A DNA stretch of 64,000 nt from Hypanus sabinus. Lineage: Eukaryota. The stretch covers positions 28,458,001 through 28,522,000 of the forward strand of contig NC_082710.1 of assembly GCF_030144855.1 (NCBI RefSeq), given 5' to 3'. Of the stretch, positions 48,586 through 62,300 are shown piece after piece. Numbering within the stretch: the stretch's first letter is position 1; the number at the start of each line of letters is the position of its first letter. The position numbers and the translations under genes were made by a program. Below the pieces are notes generated by a model. That model did not search any database and was not told the DNA's origin. It worked only from the letters and a program-made list of their open reading frames with translations.

Positions 48586-49818
48586 TCATAAATAGCCTAT
48601 CATAATTAGATATATCATAAATATTGTTCAGGTCTACTTTTGTAATGTTATCTGTGTCCATCTCTACCTCAACGTAACACCAACTGAAACCTTTACTCAT
48701 AATTGATAAATAAAATGGTTTCCAGCAGATCTTCTGTATTTCATAAACTATGGATCACCACTTGTTTGCTGCCTGAATTGTCTTCCAGATTACATCCTTC
48801 TTTTCAAATTTTCATTGCTTTGCTAGCCTACAAAGACTCTTCAGGTTTAAAAGCCTCAATTTTAAAACTTCTCTTCTTCTGTGTAAATCCATTCATAGCC
48901 TATTATGTGTCTCTACTAGGCAGTTATTGCACATTGGCACTTCCTTATAATAGGCCTAGGTTATACTGCTGCACATTATTCTCAGGTTAAAGAAAACAGA
49001 GATTTGAATATAATTACGTATTTGTGTTGACCGCAAGCTGATGAAAGCAGTAAAGTAATCAGTTGAACCTTTAGGGACATCCTTTTTAATTTTGCATTAC
49101 ACTGATCTAGCAGGAGATGGAAGATTAATTTTTCTCATAGTGTATTGGTTAATCAATTCTCCTAATGAGGTGGTTAACCTTCCTGATAAAATAGTATTAG
49201 TAATTGTTCAGGAACAATATACATGGGGATTATACACAATTGAGTAACCAATGCATTTCTAGAGAGCACCACACAATTTTAAATCGGTATAATGTCCATT
49301 AGTAATTAAAAATCTTTACTCTGCCTCTATCTCTATGTTTTGTTTTCTCTCTCTGACAAAATCAGAACAAGTGGGTTTCTCTTCATGCCTTGGAGATGAA
49401 ATTCCTTATTTTCTTTCCTATTCTTCCTTATCAGCTATATTTCTTCTCCCATATGCATGCTCTTTCTGACACTATTATTCCATGCTTCCTGTTACACTTC
49501 ACCATGAAAAGGAGCATAACCTTCAGTTCCTCTATTGAAGGTAGAAATTACAGGTGCTTCAGGATTCGCACCACCAGGTCCAAGAACAGTTACTACTCCT
49601 CAATCATTAGACTCCTGAACAAAAGAGGATAACTACATTCATTTAAAGACTCTATAATCTTGTTATTTCATGGTTGTTTTTATTATCTTTATTGGACATT
49701 TCTTTGGCAATTGCCACACTCTGTTCGATATTGATTGCCACAGGCTTGCTTCCCTTGTTTGGTGGTGAGTCAGGCGGCGAGACAGCAGTGTGGCCTTGAC
49801 TGTAGCAAGGTCTAAGCC

Positions 49819-49922
49819 TATGGTGAACTACATATACCTGTCTGGACACGCCCCCCCCCCCCCGCTGACTGCTCCTGTGGCTCCTCCCACAGACCCCGGT
49901 ATAAAGGCAATTGAGGCCTGCA
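49819..49922 (+). mobile_element. Truncated LTR (U3-like) fragment with TATA box
   Basis: TGGTGAACTACATATACCTG..C-run..GGCTCCTCCCAC..TATAAA(49900); recalled as a Gypsy-type LTR start; no R/U5 or CA end. Confidence 0.5.
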
Positions 49923-50114
49923 AGGATTTGAACTTCTATCTCAACAGCCTTACCGAGTTAGAAGTAACATAACTCCTTTGCTAGCATTACATAAAATTAT
50001 TCACAAGGGCATGATTTTATTTATTGGCAAAAGCTTCATTGTCAATGGATAATTGTTGTAAACATTCAATAATGAAAGCAACGTGTTTATTTCTCTTTTG
50101 TGCTCACTATCTCA

Positions 50115-50500
50115 GTTAAGCAGCCAGCATAACCAAAGACCGCATCCACCCTTCTTCTCCCCTCTCCGATTAGGCAGAATGTACAAAAGCCTGAAAGCAT
50201 ATCCTACCAAGCCCAAGGACAGCTTCTGACATGCTGTTATCAGAGTCTCAAATAGATCTCTTGTATGATAAAATGGACTCTCACTTCACAATCTACCTCA
50301 TTATAATTTTGCTCTGTTTCTTTTACTTGCACTTCACTGTTTCTGTAGCTGTTACACTTTATTGTGCATTGCTATTATTTTACATTGTTCTATCTCAATG
50401 CAATTTGTAATGACTTGATCTGTATGAACAGTATGGAAGACAAGCTTTTCACTGAATCTTGGTATATGTGACAATAATAAACTATACTAATACCAATATG
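50115..50500 (+). mobile_element. Rex1-like 3' fragment
   Basis: AASITKD..FSPLRLGRMYKSL; AATAATAAACTATACTAATACCAAT tail. Confidence 0.8.
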
Positions 50501-51302
50501 TCTTATAACCCGGAACCATTGTTCTCAATAATATACTTTCTTTGATTCAGGGTTCATAAATTGCTATTGCATTTCTTTGAGGCTTCGTCCAAACTTCCAG
50601 CAGAACTTCAACAAAGCCACACAATATTCTAATGAAATTATAAGAACAGTTTCAAATAGCAAGTTATGACATTTTTTCAAAGAACACCAATCTAAAAAGA
50701 CATTCCGATGGAGTTTAGGATGAGGATTCAGTAGCACCTTCTAAATGATTAACAATAAAATTGTTAAGTACATGTTTAATGATGTTACAGAACCTTGTCA
50801 TCTGGGATATTATCACATATTGTTGTAATTGATGCCATTGCACTAAACACTTGTTATTTTAGGAAGAAAATTTTATGCCTAAAATCTTTATTTAGCTTTC
50901 CTGTCTCCGTGTTCTCCCTAAAAAATTAGTGGCTAAATTGATTGGAGACTATACCTGGAGTAAAAAAGATTAATAATCTGTTTAATTTAAGACCTGTACT
51001 GAAATCGAGCATTTGATGTATCCAGCCAGGCTAGGTCATATTCACTACTGTCCCCATCAAAATGCACAAACCTCTTCAGTTCCCTGAGAATATTATAGAT
51101 TGATGCACTGTCCTTATTCTGTACAAATCTACATTGATTCTGTCATGTTATGTAATTGTTTAGTGCATAATATGATTGAATTTCTCTAGTGCATGCATTA
51201 CGCAACAATGCAACATATTTCACGTTGTGCCCTGCATTCAGAATCTTGTTGTGATCTGCATGGTTAATGCATGGTCATATGCAGCACATGGATTATGCTT
51301 CA

Positions 51303-51728
51303 GAAGTTTCAAAGGTACATTTAGCGTCAGAGAAATAGATACAATATACATCCTGAAATGCTTTTTCTTTGCAATCATCCATGAAAACAGAGGAGTGACC
51401 CTAAAGAATGAACAACAGTTAAATGTTTGAACCCCAAAATACCCCCTGCCCCAGCTTTCTTCCCTCCCGCACGTAAGTGGCAGCAAGCAACAATCTCCCC
51501 TCCGCCCACCGGCAAAAAAAAGCATCAGCACCCACCACCAAATACTCAACAGTGAGTAAGGCTTGCAGTATTCTTGCAAAGAACCGTAGTCAGTGTGCAA
51601 CTCCAGGTCAGGGTCTTCGAAAGAACCCTGAAAGGGAAAAATAGAGATGTTAAAGATGGAAATAAGCTGTTTCCAAAGATGCAAGCAAAGGAGTTGCCTT
51701 GGGCACCATTAACCCTCCTCAGCTCTGC
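51303..51728 (-). mobile_element. Internally deleted copy of the 12903-13722 retroposon
   Basis: Both ends are colinear with 12903-13722; roughly 400 bp of the middle is missing near 51570. Confidence 0.85.
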
Positions 51729-51784
51729 CTTTTGTTGATCCTTGTGTAATGTTCAACAGCAAGTAACCTTCGGTAACTAAAACC

Positions 51785-52720
51785 TTAAGGCTGTAAGACA
51801 TAGGAGCAGAATTAGGCCAAGCAACCCTTGAAGTCTACTCTGCCATTTGATCCTGGCTGATTTATTTTCTCTCTCAACTCTATTCTCCTGCCTTCTCCCC
51901 ATAACCATTGATTTCCTTACAAATTAAGAGCCTATCAACTTCCACTTTTACTAAACCCTATGATTTGGCCTTCACAACCATCTGTTGCAAATAATTCCTC
52001 AGACTTCCACCCTCTGACTAGAGAAATTCCTCCTCATCACTGTTCTAAAGGAATGTCATCGTATCATAAGGCTGTGCCCTCTGGTTCTAAATACTTGCAT
52101 TATTGGAAACATCCTCACCATGTTCACTCTATCTGGGCCTTTCAATATTCAGTAGATACCTCCCTCACCATTATTCTTCTAAACTCCAAAGTGTACAGGC
52201 CCAGAGTCATTAACTGCCCCTCATACATTATCCTATCATCCCTGGATTGTTCTTGTACACCGCCTCTGGACCTTCTCCAATGCTAGCACACCCTTTCCTA
52301 GGAAGTATAGGGGACAAAACCATTCATAATGGTCCAAATATGGTCCCACCAAACCCTTATAAAGACTTATCCTTGTTTTTTTTTATATTCTAGTCCTCTC
52401 TAAATGAATGCTAATATTGCATTTACACTTCTTTCTACCATCTTAAACTGCAAGTTAAGCTTGAAGGAATCCTGTACTGGAACTCACAAGTCCTTATGCA
52501 CCTCTGATTTCTAGTTTCATTCCCCATTTAGAAAATTCCCTATACTTCTGGTCCTTCAACCAAAGTGCACTGCATTCCACTGGCACTTCTCTACCCATTC
52601 TCCTCATCTACCCAAGATCTTCTGCAAAGCTTCCTCAATGCTACCTGCCCCTCCAACTGATTTTGTATCATCCATAAACTTGACAACAAAGCAAACAGTT
52701 CCATTATCCAAATCATGATA
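51785..52720 (-). mobile_element. CR1 3' fragment
   Basis: TAAGACATAGGAGCAGAATTAGGCCA 3' end; reverse-complement similarity to 8690-9610. Confidence 0.88.
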
Positions 52721-54113
52721 GTTTATATCCATATCTGAGGCCCTCAGGTAAGAGTTGGGAAAGTATGTTGAAGTCAGAAGTGGAAATGGTGGTGTTAATG
52801 ATAAAAGTAAACATCTAATTTAATGTTTTGGAATGACTGGAGTAAGTTTATGTTGGAAGGACAAATTTCTTTGAGGCTGAGCACAACAAAAAATGAGAAG
52901 CTCTATGATATTGAATAATGATAATAAGTAATTTAAAATATACAATAATTGGAATCTCTGATCCACAGTAAATGATTCTTTAACTACAAGGTTCTAACTG
53001 GTCAATGGTCACTTTTGTGGTCCATGGAAGAATATCATTTGCTTTCCTTTGATTTATCATATTAATTTAACTTTGATAATTTAATTAATTTTGTGAACTT
53101 GCTAAATTTAAAATTCATTATGAGTTTTCCATCTTTTCCTGAGCTCTTTATATAACTACCCAAAGACCAGTCAAATTAAACTCTATATGATTGAATCACT
53201 TAAAAAAGAATCTTTTCATCTTGTATGCACTGTGTTTTGCAGGGTGCATTATTCAGAATCACATGTTAATATCAGTGAAATAGTTAGGCAACATGGAAAG
53301 CAAATATAATTGAAAATATTATTCTATGTGTTCAACTGATTAACTTTTCAACAAAACTATTTTTCAGCTAAAACAATTTCAACAATAGCATTCTGTTGGA
53401 ACAGGTTTAAAAATGAAACAAGAGAATATTTGTTCTGAATAAGTCAGGCAATGATCATTCACTAATCTCTAATGAAGTCAGCAAAGCCCAGCTGCATGGA
53501 AATGTAGATGGGCTTACTTTTAATGTGAGAATATATGCTTGTGAAGCTACAGTTAATGACACACAGTAGATAGACTGATATTAACATGCTAGGTGCATGT
53601 CCCATGCTAGGTGCAGATTATATCTTGGTGCTGAAATGTAAACAAGGCAAGGAGAGAGGTCCAATTATAAATGCCAGTTTGAGACTGGAACTTATAAACA
53701 TATTTGATACTTGATTGTAGTAAAATCTGGGACAGGATAATTAGATGAGCTAGGCCCAACATCCCACTCATCATGCACCAGTATCAACAAGATAAAAGTC
53801 AACCACAACTCTTTGGTGACTGTTGCAATAGAACACACAAGACTGTGCCATCTGGCCGCTTGTAAAGTCTGCAGTATACCATATTGAGATTTCCTGGCTA
53901 GTATATTTATGTGCGACATGATTAAATTGGACTCTTAAATTTAATGCTAAATGCAATTAGAATTTCCTGAGGTGTTTGACAGGAATTTTAATCAATCCAT
54001 ATGATATACCTGCTCATAGAGGTTCTGGGCAAGCAACAGCTGACATGGGGATAATTATGTAACATGCTTGACATCACTACTAAAGCACTGGTGTGTGGAG
54101 TAATATGTGTTGT

Positions 54114-55066
54114 ATGGGGGAGACAGTTAGAGCAGTGGTGTGCTCAGTATACAGTATGTGGGAGGTCAGGGTCAACACAGTTGTCCCTGATGACCACACC
54201 TGCAATAGGTGCATCCAGCTGCAGCTCCTATCAGACCGAGTTAGGGAATTGGAGCAGGAGCTGGATGAACTACGGATCATTCGGGAGGCAGAGGCAGAGA
54301 TAGATAAGAGTTATTGGGAGGTAGTCACACCGAAAAGACAGGAGGTAGGCAAATGGGTGACAGTCAAGAGAGGCAGGGGGAGCAGACAGTGAGAGAAGAG
54401 CACCCCTGTGGCCATTCCCATCAAAAATAAATATACCGTTTTGGATACTGTTGGTGGGGATGACCTACCAGGAACAAGCTGCAGTGGTCCTGTCTCTGGC
54501 ACTGAGGTACTGAGGTTGGACCCTCGACTAGGAAGGGGAGGAGGGAAGAGAAGAGAGCGGTAGTGATAGGGGATTCTATAGTCGGGGGGGGGGCGGATAG
54601 GAGATTTTGTGGGGAAGATTGGGAGTCTCGGATGGTATGTTGCTTCCCTGGTGCCGGGGTCCAAGACATCTCAGATCGGGTGCAGGTTATTCTCGAGAGG
54701 GAGGGCAAGAATCCAGATGTTGTGGTCCATGTAAGGACCAATGACGTAGGTAGGATGAGAGAGGGGGTCCTGCGTAGTGAGTTCAGGGAGTTAGGTGCGA
54801 AGCTGAAGAGCAGGACCCCCAGGGTAACAATCTCTGGATTGCTACCTGTGCCACGTGCGAGTGAGGCAAGGAACAGAAAGATTATACAGATTAATATGTG
54901 GCTGAGAGGATGGTGCAGGAGGGAGGGCTTCAGGTTTGTAGATAATTGGGCTTTGTTCCAGGGAAGGTGGGATCTGTTCCGAAGGGACGGTTTACACCTG
55001 AACTGGAGCGGTACTAACATTCTTACAGGAAAGTTTGCTAGTGCTTCTTGGGGGGTGGGGGTTTAA
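54114..55066 (+). pseudogene. CR1 ORF1: zinc finger, coiled coil, SGNH/GDSL esterase
   Basis: CSVY..CNRC, LQLLSDRVRELEQELDEL, then IGDSIV, GAGVQD, VHVRTND and DGLHLN; stop at 54392 and a frameshift. Confidence 0.9.
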
Positions 55067-55370
55067 ACTAAATTTGCAGGGGGTGGGGATCCAGAATGTG
55101 AGAGAGGATAGCGAGAGGAAGAATAAAGGACAGGTGGGGACTACAAGGTTCCGGAATATTAAGAGTGTAGTAGAGAAAGGTGAGGCGGAACAAGTGATAA
55201 GGAGGACACGTGTACAGAGGGATGGTCTGATGGAACATGGAGTTAAATGTGTTGAAAGAATAAGTAAATTTAGGAAGGACAACAAAATTCTAGGGGCGTA
55301 TAGCCTGATGGGAGTTCAGGGAGCTGGGTTAAGCACAGTAGGCAGTGATTCAAACAGAGAGAGGAGAAAT

Positions 55371-58171
55371 GGGCTAATAATTCTATATCTGAATGCACAA
55401 AGTGTCAGAAATAAGGCGGATGAGCTTGATGCTCAGGTGCGAATGGGTAACTATGATGTTGTTGGGATAACGGAGACATGGCTGCAGGGAGATCAGACCT
55501 GGGAAATGAATGTTCAAGGGTATACGTGCTATCGTAGGGACAGAAATGTGGGCAGAGGTGGTGGGGTGGCCCCGTTGGTGAGGAATGAGATTCAGTCCTT
55601 TGCAAGGGAGGATATAGGGTCAGGAAAAGTAGAGTCTGTGTGGATAGAATTGAGGAACAGTAAGGGCAAAAGGACCCAAATGGGTATTGTCTACAGGCCA
55701 CCAAACAGTAGCATGGATATTGGGTGCAAGTTGAATAGGGAGTTAACATTGGCATGAGGCAAAGGTAATGTCACAGTAGTTATGGGGGATTTCAACATGC
55801 AGGTGAACTGGGAGAATCAGGTTGGTGCTGGACCTCAGGATAGGGAGTTTATAGAGTGCCTATGGGATGCATTCTTGGAACAGCTTGTACGAGAGCCAAC
55901 CAGGGACACGGCTATTCTGGATTTAGTGTTACGTAATGAACAGGATTTGATAAGCGATCTTGCAGTAAGGGAGCCATTAGGAGGTAGTGATCATAATATG
56001 ATAAGCTTTTATCTGCAATTTGAGAAGGGTAAGGGCAGCTCGGAGGTGTCAGTGTTGCAGTTGAACAGGGAAACTATGGAGCCATGAGGGAGGAGCTGGC
56101 CAAAGTTGACTGGATGGATAGCCTCGCAGAAAAGACAGTTGAACAGCAATGGCAGGTATTCTTGGGAATACTGCACAAGGTGCAAAATCAGTTCATCCCC
56201 CAGATTCAAGTGGAGGAAAGGGGCCACAGTGGTTGACAAAGGAAGTCAGAGATTGCACAGCATTAAAAAAAAGGAAGTATGACAGAGCTAAGGTGAGTGG
56301 GAGGACAGATGATTGGGAAGTTTTTAAGGAACAACAGAACTTAACTAAAAAGACAATACAGGGAGAAAAAATGAGGTACGAACACAGGCTAGCCGGGAAT
56401 ATAAAGGAAGATAGCAAAAGCTTTTTTAGGTATGTGAAGAAAAAGAAGATAGTTAAGAACAATGTTGGGCCCTTGAAGGATGAATTGGGTGAAATTGTTA
56501 TGGGAAACAGAGAAATGGCGGAAGAATTTAATGAGTACTTTAGATCTGTTTTCACGAAGGAAGACACAAGCAATTTTTCAGATGTACGGATGGGCCAAGG
56601 ACATAGAGTATCAGAGGAAGTGAAACAGATTGACATTAGGAAGGAAACGGTGATGAGAAGACTTATGGGACTGAAGGCTGACAAATCCCCAGGTCCAGAT
56701 GGTCTGCATCCTAGGGTACTAAAGGAGGTGGCCCTGGAAATTGTGGATGCATTGGTAATCATTTTCCAATGTTCCTTAGATTCAGGATCAGTTCCTGAGG
56801 ATTGGAGAATGGCTAATGTTATCCCACTTTTTAAGAAAGGAGGGAGGGAGAAAACAGAGAACTATCGACCTGTCAGACTGACATCGGTGGTGGGGAAGAT
56901 GCTAGAGTCCATTATTAAGGATGAAATAGTGGCATATCTAGATAGCAGTGATAGGATTGGGCCGAGCCAGCATGGATTTACCAAGGGTAAATCATGCTTG
57001 ACTAATCTGTTGGAGTTTTTCGAGGATGTAACCAGGAAGTTAGACGGGGGAGATCCAGTGGATGTAGTGTACCTCGATTTTCAGAAGGCATTTGATAAGG
57101 TCCCACATAAGAGATTGGTGGGTAAAATCAAAGCTCAGGGCATCGGGGGGAAGACATTGACATGGATAGAAAACTGGTTGGCAGATAGAAAGCAAAGGGT
57201 AGCGGTGAATGGGTGTTTCTCGGAATGGCAGGTGGTGACTAGTGGGGTGCCACAGGGCTCAGTATTGGGACCACAGCTGTTTACAATTTACTTCAACGAC
57301 TTGGATGAAGGCATTGAAAATAACATCAGCAAATTTGCTGATGATACTAAGCTGGGTGGCAGTGTGACGTGATGAGGATGTTAGGAGAATTCAGGGTGAC
57401 TTGGATAGGCTGGGTGAGTGGGCAGATACTTGGCAGATGACGTTTAATGTGAATAAGTGTGAGGTTATCCACTTTGGGAGTAAGAACAGGAAGGCAGATT
57501 ATTATCTGAACAGTGTAGAGTTAGGTAAGGGAGAAATACAAAGAGATCTAGGAGTCCTTATTCATCAGTCACTGAAGGTGAATGAGCAAGTGCAGCAGGC
57601 AGTGAAGAAGGCTAATGGAATGTTGGCCTTTATTACAAAGGGAATTGAGTACAAGAGCAAGGAAATCCTCTTGCATTTGTACAGAGCCCTGGTGAGACCA
57701 CACCTGGAGTATTGTGTACAGTTTTGGTCTCCAGGGTTAAGGAAGGACATCCTAGCTGTAGAGGAAGTGCAGCATAGATTCACGAGGTTAATTCCTGGGA
57801 TGTCTGGACTGTCTTACGCAGAGAGGTTAGAGAGACTGGGCTTGTACACGTTGGAATTATAGAGATTGAGAGGGGATCTGATTGCAACATATAAGATTAT
57901 TAAGGGATTGGACAAAATAGAGGCAGGAAATATGTTCCAGATGCTGGGAGCGTCCAGTACCAGAGGGCATGGTTTGAGAATAAGGGGAAGGTCATTTAGG
58001 ACAGTGTTAAGGAAAAACTTCTTCTCCCAGAGAGTTGTGGGGGTCTGGAATGCACTGCCTCGGAAAGTAGTGGAGGCCAATTCTCTGGATGCTTTCAAGA
58101 AGGAGCTAGATAGGTATTTCATGGATAGGGGAATCAAGGGATATGGTGACAAGTCAGGAACTGGGTATTGA
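55371..58171 (+). pseudogene. CR1 ORF2: AP endonuclease plus reverse transcriptase
   Basis: YLNAQS, GITETWL, YRPP, GDFN and SDH (endonuclease); [26 protein letters not shown] and FADDTK (RT); broken by a few stops and frameshifts. Confidence 0.96.
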
Positions 58172-58269
58172 TGGTAGTTGATCAGCTATGATCTCAAAAT
58201 GGCGATGCAGGCTCGAAGGGCCAAATGGTCTACTTCTGCACCTATTGTCTATTGTCTACCAGATATTGA

Positions 58270-59088
58270 AATTCGTATATAGAATGGACATGGAGAGGAT
58301 GTCTCCAATAGTGTGAGAGTCTATGACAAGAGGACACAGCCTCAGAATAGAAAGACATCACTTTAGAAAAGAGAAAAGGGACAGTTTTTCAGCCAGTGGG
58401 TGGTGTTTCTGAGAAATTCATTGCCGTAGATGGCTGTGGAGAACATCAATGGATATACTGAAAGCAGCGGTTGATAGTTTCTTAATTATTAAGGTGTCAA
58501 AGGTTATGGGGAGAAGAATTATGGATCATTTACAGAGGAGGTGAGCGCCATGGGAGCATAGCGGTCAGTGTGATGCTGTTACGGATTGGTGCATCGGAAT
58601 TCAGCGTTCAGTCTTGGCATCATCTTTAAGGAGTCTCTGTACATAAGCATGAAGTAATATGTGTTCCATCCTACCGGAAGTTGAAGGGCTAGATAGAATA
58701 GACGTGGAGAGGATGTTTCCAATAGTGGGAGAGTCTATGACAAGAGGGTACAGAATACCGTCTCTGTGGAATGTGTGGATTTTCTCTGGGGCCTCCAGTT
58801 TCCTGCCTCCCACAGTCCAAAAACATACCAGATAGGCTAATAGGTCATTGTAAATTGTCCCAAGATTAGTTTAGGGTTAAATCCGGGATGTTGGGGGTGG
58901 CTGGGCAGTGTGGCTTTAAGGGCTAGAAAGGTCTATTCTGCGCTGTATCTCTAAACAAATAGATAAGATAGATAAATAATTAAGAATGGGGTGAGAGTGA
59001 AACTAAATCAGCCATGATCAAACGGGGGAGCAGCCATGATGGGCCAAAAGGTCTACTTCTGCTTCTATGTCATATGATCTTATGGTAT
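58270..59088 (+). mobile_element. Older CR1 3' fragment interrupted by a SINE
   Basis: CR1 C-terminus 58270-58518 (..VKGYGEK) resumes at ~58982 with the 3' UTR and a TATGATCTTATGG tail. Confidence 0.8.
58550..58980 (+). mobile_element. V-SINE-like SINE containing a short CR1 piece
   Basis: tRNA-like head, core TTTCTCTGGGGCCTCCAGTTTCC..CACAGTCCAA..GGTCATTGTAAATTGTCC, tail CTGTATCTCTAAACAAATAGATAA. Confidence 0.7.
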
Positions 59089-59384
59089 AAAGGAGAAAAA
59101 GTCTGTTTGAATGCACCTTAAAGGAACAAGTCTGAACAGTTGTTCAAGAGGGAGCCTTTGAAGTGAAAAATAAGCTCAAACAGACCTCTTGGGAATTTTC
59201 TATTTTGGAATTTGCTTACTTGGAGTTGTGGTGGATAATAAATTATAAGAAAGTATATGTGGCCATTCCTATACTTGCCACAAGCTTTAATTGCATGTAA
59301 GAAACTGTAAAACTATAGATTTATAAAATTCTAAACTTTATACAGTTAGCTCGCTATAGTTATGGTTAACAATAAAACAGCAAT

Positions 59385-62300
59385 CTCAGGACTACTACCT
59401 GTACCACACAACAGTGAGTATAGGAATAGAGTGAGATGGACGATAAAGGCATGACTGAGGGATTGGAGCAGGGGACAGGAATTCAGATTTCTGGATTATT
59501 GGGATCTCTTTTGTGGCAGGCATAACAGATGCATGTGAATCCAAGGGGAACCAATATCCTGGCAGGGAGACTTGCTAAGGCTATTGGAGAGAGTTTAAGC
59601 GAATTGCTAGGGGGTGGGAACCAAACTGAAGAGATGGAGGAAGGGACGGTTAGCTCACAAATAGAGAAAGCTTGGAGACAGTGTGAGAGGGAGGATAGGC
59701 AGGTGAAAGAGACAGGATGCGCTCAGACTGATGGTTTGAGATGTGTCTATTTTAATGCAAGGGTATCATGAACAAAGTGGATGAGCTAAGAGTGTAGATC
59801 GGTTCTTGGAGCTATGATATTGTGGCCATTACAGAGACTTGGATGGCTCAGGGGCAGGAATGGTTACTTAAGAGTGCCAGGCTTTAGATGTTTCAGAATG
59901 GATAAGGAGGAAGGCAAAAGAAAAGAAGTGGGGGCTTGGCATTGCTGATCAGAGATAGCATCACGGCTGCAGAAAAGGAGGAAGTCATGGAGGGATTGTC
60001 TACTGAGTCTCTGAGGGTGGAAGTTAGGAACAGGAAAGAGTCAAAAACTCTACTGGGTGTTGGGGTGGCAGATTTTAATTTCCCCAATATTGATTGGCAT
60101 CTTCCTAGAGCAAGGGGTTTAGATAGGGTGGAGTTTGTCAGGTGTGTTCAGGAAGGTTTCCTAACACAAAATGTAGATAAGCCTACAAGAAGAGAGGCTG
60201 TACTTTATGTGATATTGGGAAATGAACCTAATCAGGTGTCAGGTCTCTCAGTGGGAGAGCACTTTGGAGATAGTGATCACAATTCTATCTCCTTTACCAT
60301 AGCATTAGACAGGGATAGGAACAGACAATTTAGGAAAGTGTTTAATTGGAGTAAGGGGAAATATGAAGCAATCAGGTAGGAACTTGGAAGCATAAATTGG
60401 GAACAGATGTTCTCAGGGAAATGTACTGCAGAAATGTGGCAAATGTTCAGGGGATATTTGTGAGATGTTCTACAGAGGTACATTGCAATGAGACAGGGAA
60501 AGGATGGTAGGGTACAGGAACTGTGGTGTACAAAGGCTGTTGAAAATCTATTCAAGAAGAAAAGAAAAGCTTACGAAAGATTCAAAAAACTAGGTAATGA
60601 TAGAGATCTAGAAAATTATAAGGCTAGCAGCAAGGAGCTTAAGAATGAAATTAGGAGAGCTAGAAGGGGCCTTGAGAAGACTTTAGCGATCAGAATTAAG
60701 GAAAACCCCAAGGCATTCCACAAGTATGTGAAGAGGAAGAGGATAAGACATGAGAGAAAAGGACCAATCAAGTGTGACAGTGCAAAAGTGTGTGTGGAAC
60801 TAGAGAAGATAACAGATATACTTAATGAATGCTTTGCTTCTGTATTCACTTTGGAAAAGGATCTTTGCAATTGTAGGGATGACTTACAGCAGACTGAAAA
60901 GCCTGAGCATATAGACATTAAGAATGAAGATGTGCTGGAGCTTTTGGAAAGCATCAGATTGGATAAGTCACCAGGACTGGATGAGATACACCCCAGGCTA
61001 CTGTGGGAGGTGAGGGAGGAGATGGCTGATCGTCTGGCGATGATCTTTGCATCATCAATGGGGATGGGAGAGGTTCCGGAAGATTGGAGGGTTGCAGATG
61101 TTGTTTCCTCGTTCATGAAAGGGAGTGGAGATAGCCCAAGAAATTATAGACCAGTGAGTCTTACTTCAGTGGTGGGTAAGTTGATGGAGAAGATCCTGAA
61201 AGGCAGGATTTATGAACATTTGGAGAGTCATAATATGGTTAGGGATAGTCAGCATGGTTTTGTTTAATGCATGTCGTGCCTTACAAGCCCGATTGAATTT
61301 TTTGAGGATGTGACTAAAAACATTGATGATGGTAGAGGAGTAGATGTAGTGTATATGAATTTCAGCAAGGCATTTGATAAGGTACCCCATGCAAGGCTTA
61401 TTGAGAAAGTAAGGAGGCATGGGATCCAAGGGGGCCTTGCTTTGTGGATCCAAAATTTGCTTGCCCACAGAAGACAAAGAGTGGTTGTAGATGGGTTATA
61501 TTGTGCATGGAGGTCAGTGACCAGTGGTGTGCCTCAGAGATCTGTACTGGGACCCCTTCTCTTGGTGATTTTTATAAACGACCTGAATGAAGATGTGAAG
61601 GGATGGGTTAGTAAATTTGCTGATGACACAAATGTTGGGGGTGTTCTAAATAGTGTGGAGGGCTATCAGAGGTTACAGTGGGACATAGATAAGATACAAA
61701 ACTGGGCTGAGAGATGGCAGATGAAGTTCAACCCAGATAAGTGTGAGGTGGTTCATTTTCGTATGTCAACTATGATGGCAGAATATAGTATTAATGGTAA
61801 GACTCTTGGCAGTGTGGAGGATCAGAAGGATCTTGATGTCTGAGTCCATAGGACACTCAAAGCTGCTGCACAGGTTAACTGTGTGGTTAAAAAGGCATTT
61901 AGTGCTTTGGCCTTCATCAACCACGAGATTGAGTTTAAGAGCCGAGAGGTAATGTTACAACTTTATAAGACCCTGGTCAGACCCCACTTGGAGTGCTGTG
62001 CTCAGTTCTGGTCACCTCACTACAGGAAGAATGTGGAAACTATAGAAAGGGTGCAAAGGGATTTTACAAGGATGTTGCCTGGATTGGGGAGCATGCCCTA
62101 AGAGAATAGGTTGAGTGAACTTGGCCTCTTCTCCTTAGAGTGATGGAGGATGGGAGGTGATCTGATAGAGGTGTATAAGATAATGAGATGCATTGATCAT
62201 GTGGACAGTCAGAGGCTTTTCCCAGGGCTGAAATGGCTAATATGAGAGGGCACAGTTTTAAAGTGCTTGGAAGTAGATACAGAGGAGATGTCAGGGGCAT

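Larger units (their letters stand above)
54100..58258 (+). mobile_element. Near full-length CR1 LINE (ORF1 + ORF2), few disabling mutations
   Basis: Consecutive ORFs encode a Zn-finger/coiled coil, SGNH esterase, AP endonuclease and RT; (TATTGTC)n tail at ~58243-58258. Confidence 0.97.

Noticed and set aside
53584-53615. Direct repeat CATGCTAGGTGCA x2
   Set aside because: Simple local duplication; two units, no array, not CRISPR-like.
54421-56762. Long minus-strand ORFs (199 aa, 189 aa and others)
   Set aside because: Antisense shadows of the purine-rich CR1 coding strand.
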